A DNA stretch of 64,000 nucleotides. Source: Gemmatimonadaceae bacterium. GTDB taxonomy: Bacteria > Gemmatimonadota > Gemmatimonadetes > Gemmatimonadales > Gemmatimonadaceae. The notes beneath the pieces were generated by a model. That model saw only the letters and a program-made list of their open reading frames with translations. It was not told the DNA's origin and ran no database searches. Of this stretch, positions 47,106-57,157 are shown piece by piece. The DNA is taken from contig JBJMOW010000006.1 of the NCBI GenBank assembly GCA_045803545.1, positions 160,001-224,000 on the forward strand, in the 5' to 3' direction. A program made the translations under genes and the position numbers. Numbering within the stretch: position 1 is the stretch's first letter; each line of letters starts with the position of its first letter.

Positions 47106-49615
47106 TACGCCCCCGCTCCAGCCGGGTACTCGGCGGACTCGTCGGAGCCGCGCTCGCGCCGGACAGTCTCGCCGATGCCAAGCGACGGCTGATCGTCCTC
47201 GAACGCATCCTCGTCGCCGACCCCTCCACCCACGACTGAGCTCCCAGTCTCAGGGTCGTAACGCACTGTAATCACACGGTCCATTCCTTCGCGCACCGGC
47301 TCAATGTGTGTGATGAGAATGACCTGTTCGAAGCGATCGTGCAATCCACGCAGCAGCTCGACGACGTTGAAGCGCCTCGCCTCGTCGAGCGAGCCGAACA
47401 CTTCATCCAGAATCAGCAGCGAGAAGCTCTGCCCCGCGCGCTCGGCGATCATCTGCGAAATCGCCAGTCGAAGTACGAGATTGGCGAGGTCCTCCTCACC
47501 GCCCGACAGGACTGGCTTCGGAATTCCGTCCTCGAGGATGACGATGTTGTACTGATCGTCGAGCTCGAGCTCGGTGTAGCGCGCGTCGGTCAGCTCGCTC
47601 AGAAATGCGCTGGCAAGCTCCGACAATTCGGGCCGCAACTGATAGTTGAGGTCGGTGCGGAGATCCGAGAATGCGCGATCGAGCTCATCGTGCAGTCTTC
47701 GATCAGCAACGAGCAGGTCGAGCTCGGCTGCGCGCTTCTTGAATTCCTCTGCGCGTTCCTGCGCGCCTGCCAGAGCCGCCACCGTGCTGACGACCTGCTC
47801 ATGCGCGCGCGCAGCCGCAACCTTCGACTCCTGCAGCTCCGTCCGCAGCCGATCGTATTCGGTCTTCACGTGAGTGAATTCTTTCTCAGTGAAGGCGATT
47901 TGAGCGCGACGAGTGCGCAACGTGCCCAGCATCGACTGCACCCGCATGACTTCCTGCGCGATGTTGGACTGTTCGAGTTTCAGCTGCGGCTCTCTCTCGA
48001 GCATCGCCTGGAACCGCGTGACTTCGGCTTCCATCGGCGTCAGTCGATCGACCTCGGCCAGAACGTCGGCGTGTCGCGCCGCATCGTAACCGGCGGGGAT
48101 CTTGGAGATGTCGCGCTCCATCTGCAGCTGGCGCTGCCGCTTCGCCGCGATGTCGCGGACGATGGTGCCAAGCTCCTGAACCGCGAGCTGCACCTTCGCC
48201 AGTTTCCGCTCGAGATTGCCGACGTCCTGGGTCAGGCCGCGACGCCTCTCGTCGAGCTGGTGCACGTCCTCCGGCATCTGCTCGAGCTGCTCCACGCGCG
48301 CCTTATAATAATTTCCGTCGACGTGGACGTTCTCGATCATCTCGTCGAGGTGCTCGACGACGGTGTGCAGGCTGCCGCCCAGCGGCCGGGCGCAAGTCGG
48401 GCATTCGCCATTCTCGCCGACTGCGACCAGGCGATCGCGCTGTTGTTTTAGCTCGACGTACTGCTGTCGCAGCGACTCACGCTTGGTTTGCGCTTCCTGC
48501 CGGTCGCGCACCCACTCCGTGCGGCGCGCCTCGAGGACTCCCTGCGCGTCCTCGAGCTCTACCCGCTTCTTCTCGAGCTCGAGAGTCGCCTCCTCTTCGA
48601 GCGCGGGGGCGCGCTCGATGCGTGAATGGCGATCCTCGAGGCGAGCGATCTCCTCGCGTAACGCAGCTTCGCCTTCGAGCAGGGTCTTGCGACGCCCTTC
48701 TTCACGGTAAAGCGCGTTCAGCGCCTGCAGCTCGACGTTGAGTGCGTACAGCGGCTCGACCGCCACGGCCAGGGTGTCCACTTTGGTGCGCGCGGCCTTC
48801 ACTCCTTCGAGCTCGTGTTCGATGCGCTCGGCGTCACGACGCAGCGCCGCTTCCTTTTCCTCGCCGACCGTGATTTGCGTCAGGAGCTGCGCCGACTGTT
48901 CGCGCTGGCGCTGCATCATCTCCCAACGCGGCTCGATCGCCATGAACTCACGCTGCCGAACCGCACTGCGGTGCGCCGCATGCTGCGCGCGAGACTCCGC
49001 TTCTTCCCTGCGCGCTGAGGCCTCGGCCAGATTTCGCAGCACAATCTCGGGATCTGGCATTCCCCGCTGCATCCCTTCGACCGCTGCCTTCAACCGATTC
49101 CGTTTCTCGCGAGTGAGGTCCTGGGCGATGCGCAGCTTCTCGTAACCCAGCACGCGCGACAGAAATTGCCCGCGACCGGCTGGCTTCATCGCCGCCATCA
49201 CGTTCAGCTCTTTCTGCCCGGTGAAGTAGGTGTGATAGAACTCTGACAGCGACATGCCCAATCGCCGCTGCAGGAGGTCGTTAGTAGCGGTGATCGAATT
49301 CGCGATTGGCGACCCGGCCCCGTCGAGATACACCTCGGCGCTGGTGAGGCTGCGGACTATGCGATAGCGATGCGACCCCAGCTCGAACTCGAGCTCCACT
49401 TCCACAGGCGCGCGCGCACCGGCGCCGAGAAAGCGGATCGAGTCGCGATTGCCACGGATGGCGGCGTTTCCGTAGAGAGCCCACGCAATTGCTTCCAGAA
49501 TCGTGGTCTTGCCGGCACCATTTGGTCCGATGATGCCGGTGAGACCGCTCTCGAAGGCGATCCTTGTCCGCGCGTGCTGACGAAAGTTGGTAAGACTGAG
49601 TTTGTTCAGCCTCAC
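47105..49615 (-). CDS. sbcC: Rad50/SbcC SMC-family ATPase
   Basis: Walker A GPNGAGKT, Q-loop, coiled coil with CPTC zinc hook, LSGGE signature, LILDE Walker B and ITH. Confidence 0.95.
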   Translation of the reverse strand: MRLNKLSLTNFRQHARTRIAFESGLTGIIGPNGAGKTTILEAIAWALYGNAAIRGNRDSIRFLGAGARAPVEVELEFELGSHRYRIVRSLTSAEVYLDGAGSPIANSITATNDLLQRRLGMSLSEFYHTYFTGQKELNVMAAMKPAGRGQFLSRVLGYEKLRIAQDLTREKRNRLKAAVEGMQRGMPDPEIVLRNLAEASARREEAESRAQHAAHRSAVRQREFMAIEPRWEMMQRQREQSAQLLTQITVGEEKEAALRRDAERIEHELEGVKAARTKVDTLAVAVEPLYALNVELQALNALYREEGRRKTLLEGEAALREEIARLEDRHSRIERAPALEEEATLELEKKRVELEDAQGVLEARRTEWVRDRQEAQTKRESLRQQYVELKQQRDRLVAVGENGECPTCARPLGGSLHTVVEHLDEMIENVHVDGNYYKARVEQLEQMPEDVHQLDERRRGLTQDVGNLERKLAKVQLAVQELGTIVRDIAAKRQRQLQMERDISKIPAGYDAARHADVLAEVDRLTPMEAEVTRFQAMLEREPQLKLEQSNIAQEVMRVQSMLGTLRTRRAQIAFTEKEFTHVKTEYDRLRTELQESKVAAARAHEQVVSTVAALAGAQERAEEFKKRAAELDLLVADRRLHDELDRAFSDLRTDLNYQLRPELSELASAFLSELTDARYTELELDDQYNIVILEDGIPKPVLSGGEEDLANLVLRLAISQMIAERAGQSFSLLILDEVFGSLDEARRFNVVELLRGLHDRFEQVILITHIEPVREGMDRVITVRYDPETGSSVVGGGVGDEDAFEDDQPSLGIGETVRRERGSDESAEYPAGAGA

Positions 49616-50802
49616 GCCGTTGCTTCCTCGACGGCCGGTCCTGCTACCAGGTCCGCCTCGCGGAGGTAGTGCAGCCCGAGCTCGACGAGCGCTTCGCGAT
49701 CGATGTTCTCGGTGATCGGACGTGCACGGAGTTTGTCGCGCACGGTATCGGCGAGTGAAGCGCGACGTCCGGGACCGACGTTCTGCCGATCGGGACGCAC
49801 GATTTCCGGACGACGAGTGTCGAGATGAAAGTGGAGGGCATTACGCTTGTATTCGCGCAGGGCCCGATGATCCAGCTCTCGAAGGATGTGACGCGGTACG
49901 TCGCTTACGACCAGACGGACGATCTTGTCTTTGTAACCGCCTTCGCAGCCATCTAAAGCTTCGCGAATTGCCTCGTCGAGCGACGCGGGCGAAAGTCCGG
50001 CCCCAGATATCGGCATCAGATCGACCCAGCGGCGTGCCGGCAAAATCGGATGGAATTTGTGAACACGGTTCGCGAGGTCGTGCTCGATTATTCCCTTTCC
50101 CTCCAGGCGATTCTCGCGCTCCTCGGCAAGCTCGCCCCACGGATTGGTGCTCGTGTAGTCGATCGAGCCCGGGTAAAAAGCGTTGTCGGCGACTGGGCGA
50201 TAGACGTGATAATGACCGAGGGCGACATAGTCCCAGCGATGCGGACCGAGAGTCTCGATGCTGATTTCCATCGGCGCCCGATCGAGCTCGCGTCCGTACT
50301 TGGGTAGCACGCCTTCTATCTCACCATGCAGCAGCAGGATGTTGTATTTCGCCGATGGATCGGGTTCGAGTCGGGGACTTCCCTGTCCCATGTCGGGGAC
50401 CGCCAATATTGCCAGATCGTGCTCGGCAACGCGTACCCACTTTGGCTCGCCCTCAACCACAGTTATGCCGAGCTGGCGAAAAAGACCGAGGATGCAGCCA
50501 GTTTCGCTGGTGCGAGGAGTGTCGTGATTGCCGGCGACGATCACGATTTCGCTAAGCGGCAGCGCGCGCTTTAGGCGCTCGAACTGCATAAACGCGGTGA
50601 GAATCGCGGGATTGGTCGGCCGCACTGTGTGAAAAACGTCGCCCGCCACCAACACCAGCTCCGGGCTCAGCTCGATTACTCGATCGATGACCGCCCGAAA
50701 TGACTGCGCGACATCGACCTCGCGCTGATTGATACCGATGGAGGCCTGTCGCTGATACTGTCTGAAACCGAGATGTATGTCTGCGAGATGTACGAGTCTC
50801 AT
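49612..50802 (-). CDS. sbcD: Mre11/SbcD metallophosphoesterase nuclease
   Basis: DIHLG, AGDVF, GNHD, LLHG and LGHYH motifs; start ATG 50802 (MRLVHLAD). Confidence 0.94.
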   Translation of the reverse strand: MRLVHLADIHLGFRQYQRQASIGINQREVDVAQSFRAVIDRVIELSPELVLVAGDVFHTVRPTNPAILTAFMQFERLKRALPLSEIVIVAGNHDTPRTSETGCILGLFRQLGITVVEGEPKWVRVAEHDLAILAVPDMGQGSPRLEPDPSAKYNILLLHGEIEGVLPKYGRELDRAPMEISIETLGPHRWDYVALGHYHVYRPVADNAFYPGSIDYTSTNPWGELAEERENRLEGKGIIEHDLANRVHKFHPILPARRWVDLMPISGAGLSPASLDEAIREALDGCEGGYKDKIVRLVVSDVPRHILRELDHRALREYKRNALHFHLDTRRPEIVRPDRQNVGPGRRASLADTVRDKLRARPITENIDREALVELGLHYLREADLVAGPAVEEATA

Positions 50803-51746
50803 CGTGCGCGCATTGCCCTTATCCACTGCGTGATCTTTGTCCGCACCTGCATCGGCGCGATCTGCGCGTCTCCTTTGCGAGCGGGAGTTTGCGCGATCGT
50901 CGAACGTACGATGATGCTGCTCCTTGAATCGGTTATCCAGCCGAGTCTTCGATCGATCTGAATCGTGCCGGCCAGTGTGCCTGAGGTCATGTAGCCCCTT
51001 CCATTCGGTTGAGCTTGACCACTTGCAGCATTCGCGCGGGACATGGTTCCGTGCATGGAAATGTAGGCGATGTCGCCGTTTCTCCCCAGAGAATCCAGAC
51101 GAAAAGTGGCCTTGACTTCTCCGACAGTTCCGGGATCGCCGCTCAACGGGATTTGCATCTCTCGTGTCCATTTTTCGCCGACGGCCACGGCCTGGCGTGC
51201 AAGCATCGCCGGCATCTCGCCGAAGATGTGCCTGAGCTCACTGTTGGCATCGGCATCGTCGACGATTTCCATTGCGCCGTCGGTCGAGACGCGCAGCCAG
51301 ACCGGACGCGCTTGCATTGAGCGGCGGCGCAGATCCTCCAGGGATGCCGGTGACGCTGGCGTCATCTTCACCGAATCCGTGATCGCCTGCATCAGCGTCC
51401 CGCTCGACGTGAGCTGGCTGGGAACTGCACGGGTGAACACCTCGATCGACGTAGTCATCGTCGTCGTCGAATCGGAACCGCGGCTCCTGTTGGTTCCCGT
51501 CATCTCGACGGTTTGAGAGAGATGCATTCTCAAGGTGTCGCCGATGTGCGGGCGAATCTGGAGGAGTACTGATTGGCCGAGTGCGATGGGGGCGCTCAGG
51601 ACGAGCGCAAGCAACAAAGTGGGAAGCGGGAAGCGGGAAGCGGGAAGCGGAATCCGAGCTGGACCAACCTGATTACTGTAAGGCTTGACGGTCGCGCTTC
51701 CCGCCTCCCGCCTCCCGCCTCCCGCCTTAGAACCCGTACGGATCAT
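50799..51746 (-). CDS. Putative exported beta-rich protein whose signal peptide carries a repeat insertion
   Basis: Hydrophobic core LLLALVLSAPIALG; ATG overlaps the herA 3' end and the stop overlaps the mre11 start (ATGA). Confidence 0.7.
   Translation of the reverse strand: MIRTGSKAGGGRREAGSATVKPYSNQVGPARIPLPASRFPLPTLLLALVLSAPIALGQSVLLQIRPHIGDTLRMHLSQTVEMTGTNRSRGSDSTTTMTTSIEVFTRAVPSQLTSSGTLMQAITDSVKMTPASPASLEDLRRRSMQARPVWLRVSTDGAMEIVDDADANSELRHIFGEMPAMLARQAVAVGEKWTREMQIPLSGDPGTVGEVKATFRLDSLGRNGDIAYISMHGTMSRANAASGQAQPNGRGYMTSGTLAGTIQIDRRLGWITDSRSSIIVRSTIAQTPARKGDAQIAPMQVRTKITQWIRAMRAR
51621..51726. repeat. Palindromic element made of inverted heptamer arrays
   Basis: (GGGAAGC)x4 at 51621-51648 and a GCTTCCC/(GCCTCCC)n array at ~51696-51726, which are near reverse complements. 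Confidence 0.85.
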
Positions 51747-53676
51747 CGTCGGGCGCCGATTTGATGCTCGCTGCCATCGGTCGCACCGGAGATTGAGCGG
51801 ATACGATCCTCTTGAATTGCGATGCGAAGTACGCTTTCGCGTTCTCCGGCCGCGCGATCAGTGTCGCGTTGCGTGCTTTGATCACTTCGTCATCGGTATA
51901 TAGCGCGGTGATCTCCTGCACCCAGGGCAGGGTGATCGATGGATCCAGCGGCCGCAGCGAACGGAGCACCGCCACATCGACCGAGACATCGGCTGCCTGC
52001 GGATATTTCTCGGCACCTTCGCGTCCCTGCATCACCGCCGGTCTCGGGAACCGGACGAAGATTGGCTGAGTGAAATGTGGATGTCGAATCATCAACTGCC
52101 CCTTCTCCAGCGTGGCCAGCTTGGTCTTCGTCGCGGGACTCAGCACGGCGTAACCGGGCGTCGAGAGCTCGTCGGCGTCCATCCGGCCGAACAATGCAGT
52201 TCCCGAATTGCCAACGACGCGCCGATGCACCTGAGACCGGAACTGCTGCGCGCTGAACAGCACGAGACCGAGATAGCGGCCACGTTCTGCGATGTCGAGC
52301 AGCATCTTCCTGACGTAGGTGTCGGGACCATCGCCCGGCGCGTACTTGTTGAGCTCATCGACGAAGACGACGAGATGTTTGACGCCGAGGTCCCTGCGCT
52401 CGAGGTGCTCACGAAGCTTGGAGACGATGCGAGCGAAGATGAGATCCTGCGCATCCTCTTCCAGGTTGGCGACATCGACTACGTACACCGCGCGATCTGC
52501 AAAGCTCCCGAACGGGAGATCACTTACAGCTCCAGTGTCAGTAACCAGTCCGGCGCAGCGTGTCGAGATGTTGGAAAGACGATTCCGGACTTTTCGAATG
52601 GTTGCGACGTGATGCGTACGCCAGCTCTCGCCGTCTTTTTTCTCCATTCCCTGGAGAAGATCGCGGAACCAGCCGTCGAGGTCGGCAAATGACTGCACGC
52701 GGTGCTTTTTGCTCAGCACGCCATCGGGAATCATCTCCCTGTCGACGACGTTCTCCTTGATGAAATCGATCAGCGCGTCTGCCTTGGCGTCGATGTCATC
52801 CTTGTTGAGCAGTACTTCGGCGAACTGTAGCACTTCGCGGAGGCCCCACGTCAGCGGCTTGACGTTGTCCAGCAGCGCTTCGTTGTTGCGGAAGGTGTTC
52901 AGCGAGATGCCCTTCGCAGTATAGGGAGCGAAGTACTGAACCTGAGAAAAAGGCTTCGGATCGACGCCCATTTTTTCGTAAAGCTTCTCGTCGGTGTCTT
53001 CGACTCTGCCGGGCTTGTCGAGGTAGCACAGGTCGGGGCCTTTGACGTTGAATGCAACGGCGGCAATCGATCCCTTTTCGTGCGGGAAGTGAGTGAACAT
53101 TGAAGAGAGCAGCCACTCCACCGCGCTCGTTTTGGTGGCGAGCCCGGACATGCCGGTGATGTTTAGATGCGCTGCCTCGGGGCCGAGCAGAAAATCCGCG
53201 TCGAGATAGATCACCGCATCGGTGCCTCCCGCGCGATACACGCCCACCGGAATTCCAGTGTTCGCGCCTTCGCGCAGATAGCCGTCCATGCGCAGCGCGA
53301 CCTGCACGTCCTGCTCTTCCGCGAGAAAGACTTCGCCCATCGGCACCGGCTGCAGCGGCTCCTCCGGGATCTGGCGCAAGACCGCCGCGGTGTAGAGCCG
53401 GATTTCGGCGCGTTCAGTCGCGGCGAAGCTCGCCGCCGACGGTGATCCGTCATGGCCGAGGACATCGTGCATCGGCGACTGCAGATCGGTGTAGCTGAAC
53501 CCCTCGACCACGATTCCGTAGATGTGTGGGATCTGGGCAGCGATCGGTTGCGCGCCATCGACGCGCACGATAGTACCAATGCCGACCGGCGAATCGATTG
53601 CCGTCCAGAAATGAAATTCGTGCGGAGTATTCGGCTTCCGCTCCGTTGCTACGACCCGGCCTAGTGCTTCACTCAT
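51727..53676 (-). CDS. herA: HerA family DNA translocase/ATPase
   Basis: N-terminal HAS-barrel-like region; variant Walker A GMSGLATKTS; Walker B VVFVDE; ERGRYLG arginine finger; AQQ sensor. Confidence 0.88.
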   Translation of the reverse strand: MSEALGRVVATERKPNTPHEFHFWTAIDSPVGIGTIVRVDGAQPIAAQIPHIYGIVVEGFSYTDLQSPMHDVLGHDGSPSAASFAATERAEIRLYTAAVLRQIPEEPLQPVPMGEVFLAEEQDVQVALRMDGYLREGANTGIPVGVYRAGGTDAVIYLDADFLLGPEAAHLNITGMSGLATKTSAVEWLLSSMFTHFPHEKGSIAAVAFNVKGPDLCYLDKPGRVEDTDEKLYEKMGVDPKPFSQVQYFAPYTAKGISLNTFRNNEALLDNVKPLTWGLREVLQFAEVLLNKDDIDAKADALIDFIKENVVDREMIPDGVLSKKHRVQSFADLDGWFRDLLQGMEKKDGESWRTHHVATIRKVRNRLSNISTRCAGLVTDTGAVSDLPFGSFADRAVYVVDVANLEEDAQDLIFARIVSKLREHLERRDLGVKHLVVFVDELNKYAPGDGPDTYVRKMLLDIAERGRYLGLVLFSAQQFRSQVHRRVVGNSGTALFGRMDADELSTPGYAVLSPATKTKLATLEKGQLMIRHPHFTQPIFVRFPRPAVMQGREGAEKYPQAADVSVDVAVLRSLRPLDPSITLPWVQEITALYTDDEVIKARNATLIARPENAKAYFASQFKRIVSAQSPVRPMAASIKSAPDDDPYGF

Positions 53677-54704
53677 GAAATTGCCCGCAGAAATTCTTCG
53701 CAGTCTCGCACACCGTATGACATCTTGTCCCATCGGCCGTCCGGAAGAGCGAGTGGAGTCTTCTCGGCGAGAATCCAGCGAGAGATCTCATCTGCGCGAT
53801 CTGCTGGATTGGCGCACTCTGACATCTCGACGCGCACCAGTCCCCACAACGGATCGTGTCCATCTGCGCTCCGCTGCCTGAGATACCAACTGAACACCGA
53901 GTTGCGCCTTCGCGGAGAGACCTGGAATACGGAGGAGCGCTCGTTGACGGCGAGACTCAGAACGACTTTGAGCGCTTCGTCCTCCACATAGAGCGTTCGA
54001 TGGCTCTTGATCACGCCGACAGCGCAGCCCGATGACGCAACGACAGCACTGCGATTGATGCCACCGTCGACAAATAGCGGTGCTTCGTCTCGCACGCACC
54101 ATGCTTCAGCGATCTGATCTTCCAGCAGCTCTCGCTGTTGATCGACGGCGCGGATTGCGCGATCGAGCAGCACCTGCGGGTGTGGACTCGGGTAGTCTCC
54201 GTTCGCGTCAGCCTTCGACGTATCGACAACCGTGAGCCCGCTTTCGCCCAGGGGTAGTTCGGCCAGTGGCGGCAAATATTTGAGAGGCAGATAGAGCTTG
54301 AACTCGACTCTCGGCGGTTGATGCCCCCACGTGGTGAGCCGGCGATTTACGCGCACCCGCACAACTGCCGACGTGATTCCCAGCACCAGCGGCACACCTT
54401 CGTGACGCGCGATCAGGCGAACCTTTTGCGCGCCGTCGAGGAACGCACCGAACCCGGACTGCACGTCGCGGGATACGCCGGGAACCCTCCTCGCTCGCAT
54501 CAGACTGCCTTCGACGATCTGCGCCGACCGCAGCTGAGGCTGATCGAGAGACCCGGGCGAATCGACCTCGACGCTGGTGCTGATCTCAGTGATACCGGGC
54601 AGTCGCTGCATCAGCAGCTTGAGCGCGGCCCGGCTGGCGTGGTCCGGACCGGAATTGATCAACTGCAACCGCCTACTCCAGCCCGATGTCCCACGCCTGC
54701 TCAA
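53673..54704 (-). CDS. nurA: NurA-like nuclease (RNase H fold); start uncertain
   Basis: AFLDG, LFVDG, VGVIKSH, SWYLR and GLVRVE motifs; ATGA-coupled to herA. Confidence 0.75.
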   Translation of the reverse strand: MSRRGTSGWSRRLQLINSGPDHASRAALKLLMQRLPGITEISTSVEVDSPGSLDQPQLRSAQIVEGSLMRARRVPGVSRDVQSGFGAFLDGAQKVRLIARHEGVPLVLGITSAVVRVRVNRRLTTWGHQPPRVEFKLYLPLKYLPPLAELPLGESGLTVVDTSKADANGDYPSPHPQVLLDRAIRAVDQQRELLEDQIAEAWCVRDEAPLFVDGGINRSAVVASSGCAVGVIKSHRTLYVEDEALKVVLSLAVNERSSVFQVSPRRRNSVFSWYLRQRSADGHDPLWGLVRVEMSECANPADRADEISRWILAEKTPLALPDGRWDKMSYGVRDCEEFLRAIS

Positions 54705-54951
54705 GGTCCTTCTTTGAGTAGGCGCGAAATGCCGTGAGGGTGTGGGTGGACCTGATTCCAGGAACGACGGTGACTTCCTCGGTCACGATGCGCGCAATCG
54801 CCTCGTGCTCGGCGACTTCGAGCATGGCCACAAGGTCCCATTCGCCTGAAACGGAAAAGACCTGGGAAATGCCCTCGATGCCCGCCAACCGTGTCGCGGC
54901 CTGGGCGATTCTTTGGGGCTCTGCTTTGATGAGAACGATCGCAGTAATCAA
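54673..54951 (-). CDS. Stand-alone Lrp/AsnC ligand-binding (RAM) domain protein
   Basis: ITAIVLIKAE...GISQVFSVSGEWDLVA...GIRSTHTLTAF; TTG start with GGAG SD; no HTH. Confidence 0.85.
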   Translation of the reverse strand: MITAIVLIKAEPQRIAQAATRLAGIEGISQVFSVSGEWDLVAMLEVAEHEAIARIVTEEVTVVPGIRSTHTLTAFRAYSKKDLEQAWDIGLE

Positions 54952-55091
54952 GTACGCTCCGGGCCGCCAGCCGTTCGCTGTCGGCTGCCTTTCAGTATCT
55001 TTGGTGAGCGATTTGCCGCGCATCTGGCGGCGGGTGATATAACGATATCGGCGCGGCGGACGCTCCGCCACGTTTTGAAATAGAGGTTGAG

Positions 55092-56540
55092 ATGCCGGAA
55101 TTGGAGGACCTTGGAGAGCGCGCCACGCCGCAGGCGACCCGCGCGCAGAATCTCCTCTACACGCTGCCGTACACCACCGAGTCGATCGCGGAGTTTCTGA
55201 CGCCAGCGCTCGCACGTGTGGATCGCACTGCCGGCGGCACGCAGGTTCTCGTCGTCACGCGCGACGCGGAAACCGCTCTGACGATCTCGGAGACGATTCT
55301 TCGCATCTCGGGTCCAGCGGGGATCGAGGTCGTTCCAGCGACCAGCGCCTCTCGCGCCGCCCGGATCTTCAAGACACGTCCGGTGCTGGCGGTCGCAGGT
55401 CCGGCGACCGAGCTCAGCGCGCTGGTAAAGAGTTCTCTGCTCAAGCTCGACACAGTTCGAACGGTCGTGCTCGCCTGGGCTGACGACATTCTCGGCGAGG
55501 GGCCGGAGGCGATCAGTGCACTCGAAGCACTGCTCGCCGAGCTCGGCGAGGCCGGACGCGTGATTGTGGTGCGCAAAGCCACCCCCGCGATTGAGAATCT
55601 GGTCGAGCGCTACGCCCGCCGGGCGCGGAGAGTGGGTCCCGCCGAAGCGGAGGCGCCAGAGGTGCCCGCTGATTACGAGCTGCCGATCATCCGCTTCGTG
55701 ACGGTTGCCGCCAGTGCCCGGGCGAGCTCGCTGCGTAGGCTGCTCGACGATCTTGATCCGCCATCCGCGATTGTGGTTGCGCGCGATCAGGTCGCGGCCG
55801 ACACTGCGACGCACACGCTCCGAACGCTCGGCTATCATCAGGACGACAAGACTATCAACGTCACCCGCGGAGATTTCGGAAGCGCGACCGCTCACACCGT
55901 GATCTTCTACCAGCCGCCGGTGACGCCGGCGGAGCTGCAGCGCATCGCATCTGCGCGGCCAGTGGAGGTAGTTGCGCTCGCAACCCCGGGCGAAGTGCCG
56001 TGGCTCCGTGAGCTGGCTAGCGGAAGACTGACTCCGCTGAACTTGCACGGACCGGAACGCCGCGCCCGCAACCGCGAGGAAGCGCTGCGTGAAGAGCTGC
56101 GCGCCGTGCTCGCGAACGGCGTTCCGCCACGCGAGGTGTTGTCACTGGAACCGCTTCTTCGAGAGTACGATGCCACCGAGCTTGCGGCGGCGGCGCTGCA
56201 CATGCTCGAGAGGGAGCGGGCTCAACGACGCGCGGCGGAAGCGAACCAGGCGCCGGCTGCGCGACCCAAGCCGCCTGAAGGCGATCGCCCGCGCGAGCGC
56301 GAACGAGACCGCGATCGTGGAGCTCCGCGGGAACGGGACCGCGATCGCGGAGCTCCGAGGGGACGGAGCTTCGACCGAGGTGAGCGCAACGATCGAGGCG
56401 ATCGCGGCCCCCGTGGTCCTTCATTCGACCGCGGCGATCGCGACAGCCGTGGCGGCGATCGTGGTGACCGAGGACGTCCGTTCGACCGCGGACGCCCCAA
56501 CCGCGGCGGTGGTCCGCGACGTGATCGCGATCGCTCGTGA
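55092..56540 (+). CDS. Degenerate DEAD-box (DeaD/CsdA-like) protein with an R/D/G-rich tail
   Basis: Helicase-like order of elements, but motif I reads LPYTTES and motif II reads VLAWAD; low-complexity C-terminus; SD GAGG. Confidence 0.75.
   Translation: MPELEDLGERATPQATRAQNLLYTLPYTTESIAEFLTPALARVDRTAGGTQVLVVTRDAETALTISETILRISGPAGIEVVPATSASRAARIFKTRPVLAVAGPATELSALVKSSLLKLDTVRTVVLAWADDILGEGPEAISALEALLAELGEAGRVIVVRKATPAIENLVERYARRARRVGPAEAEAPEVPADYELPIIRFVTVAASARASSLRRLLDDLDPPSAIVVARDQVAADTATHTLRTLGYHQDDKTINVTRGDFGSATAHTVIFYQPPVTPAELQRIASARPVEVVALATPGEVPWLRELASGRLTPLNLHGPERRARNREEALREELRAVLANGVPPREVLSLEPLLREYDATELAAAALHMLERERAQRRAAEANQAPAARPKPPEGDRPRERERDRDRGAPRERDRDRGAPRGRSFDRGERNDRGDRGPRGPSFDRGDRDSRGGDRGDRGRPFDRGRPNRGGGPRRDRDRS
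56291..56365 (+). repeat. Intragenic ~30-bp tandem repeat encoding [10 protein letters not shown] units
   Basis: GACCGCGATCG(T/C)GGAGCTCCG is repeated with a 30-nt period. Confidence 0.7.
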
Positions 56541-57157
56541 GCGGACCGAGCGGTCCGTTCCACCAAAGCGGTGGATGGGTTGAAGTCATTGCCGGCGTGA
56601 TGTTCAGCGGCAAGAGCGAGGAGCTCATTCGCCGAGTTCGTCGCGCGGTCATTGCCAGGAAGCGGGTTCAGGTCTTCAAGTCCCATCTCGACGCGCGATA
56701 CGCGGGGATCTACTCGATCTCGAGCCACGATGGCCGCACTGTCCAGGCGGTTCCTGCCGACTCCGCCGCCCAAATCGGCCAGCAGATCGACCCCATGGCT
56801 CATGTCGTCGCAATCGACGAGGCTCAGTTCATGGACAAGGGGATAATCCCGCTGGTGACCTCGCTGGCAAGTCGTGGCAGGCGCGTAATCGTGGCCGGAA
56901 CCGACACCGACTTTCGCGGGGAACCCTTCGGAGCAATGCCGGAACTAATGGCTATAGCAGAGGTTGTGGACAAGCTGCACGCGATTTGCGTTTTATGCGG
57001 GGGCCCAGCTAGCCGCAATCAACGGCTGATTGAGGGTCGGCCGGCGCCGTACAACTCGCCCCAGATCATGGTTGGCGGGACCGAGTCGTACGAAGCCCGA
57101 TGTCGGATGTGCCACAGTGTTCCAGCGGGTGATGCCGCCCAGGTTCCACTGCTCTGA
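56537..57157 (+). CDS. tdk: Thymidine kinase
   Basis: [28 protein letters not shown] and YEARCRMC motifs. Confidence 0.96.
   Translation: MSGPSGPFHQSGGWVEVIAGVMFSGKSEELIRRVRRAVIARKRVQVFKSHLDARYAGIYSISSHDGRTVQAVPADSAAQIGQQIDPMAHVVAIDEAQFMDKGIIPLVTSLASRGRRVIVAGTDTDFRGEPFGAMPELMAIAEVVDKLHAICVLCGGPASRNQRLIEGRPAPYNSPQIMVGGTESYEARCRMCHSVPAGDAAQVPLL

Noticed and set aside
49612..51171. 519-aa long form of Mre11
   Set aside because: The N-terminal extension overlaps the upstream gene out of frame; the nuclease motifs begin at ATG 50802.
51727..53676. Sir2-HerA-type anti-phage system
   Set aside because: No Sir2 or similar effector is adjacent; the partners are NurA, Mre11 and Rad50 in a housekeeping neighbourhood. 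A defence role is not excluded, but it is unsupported.
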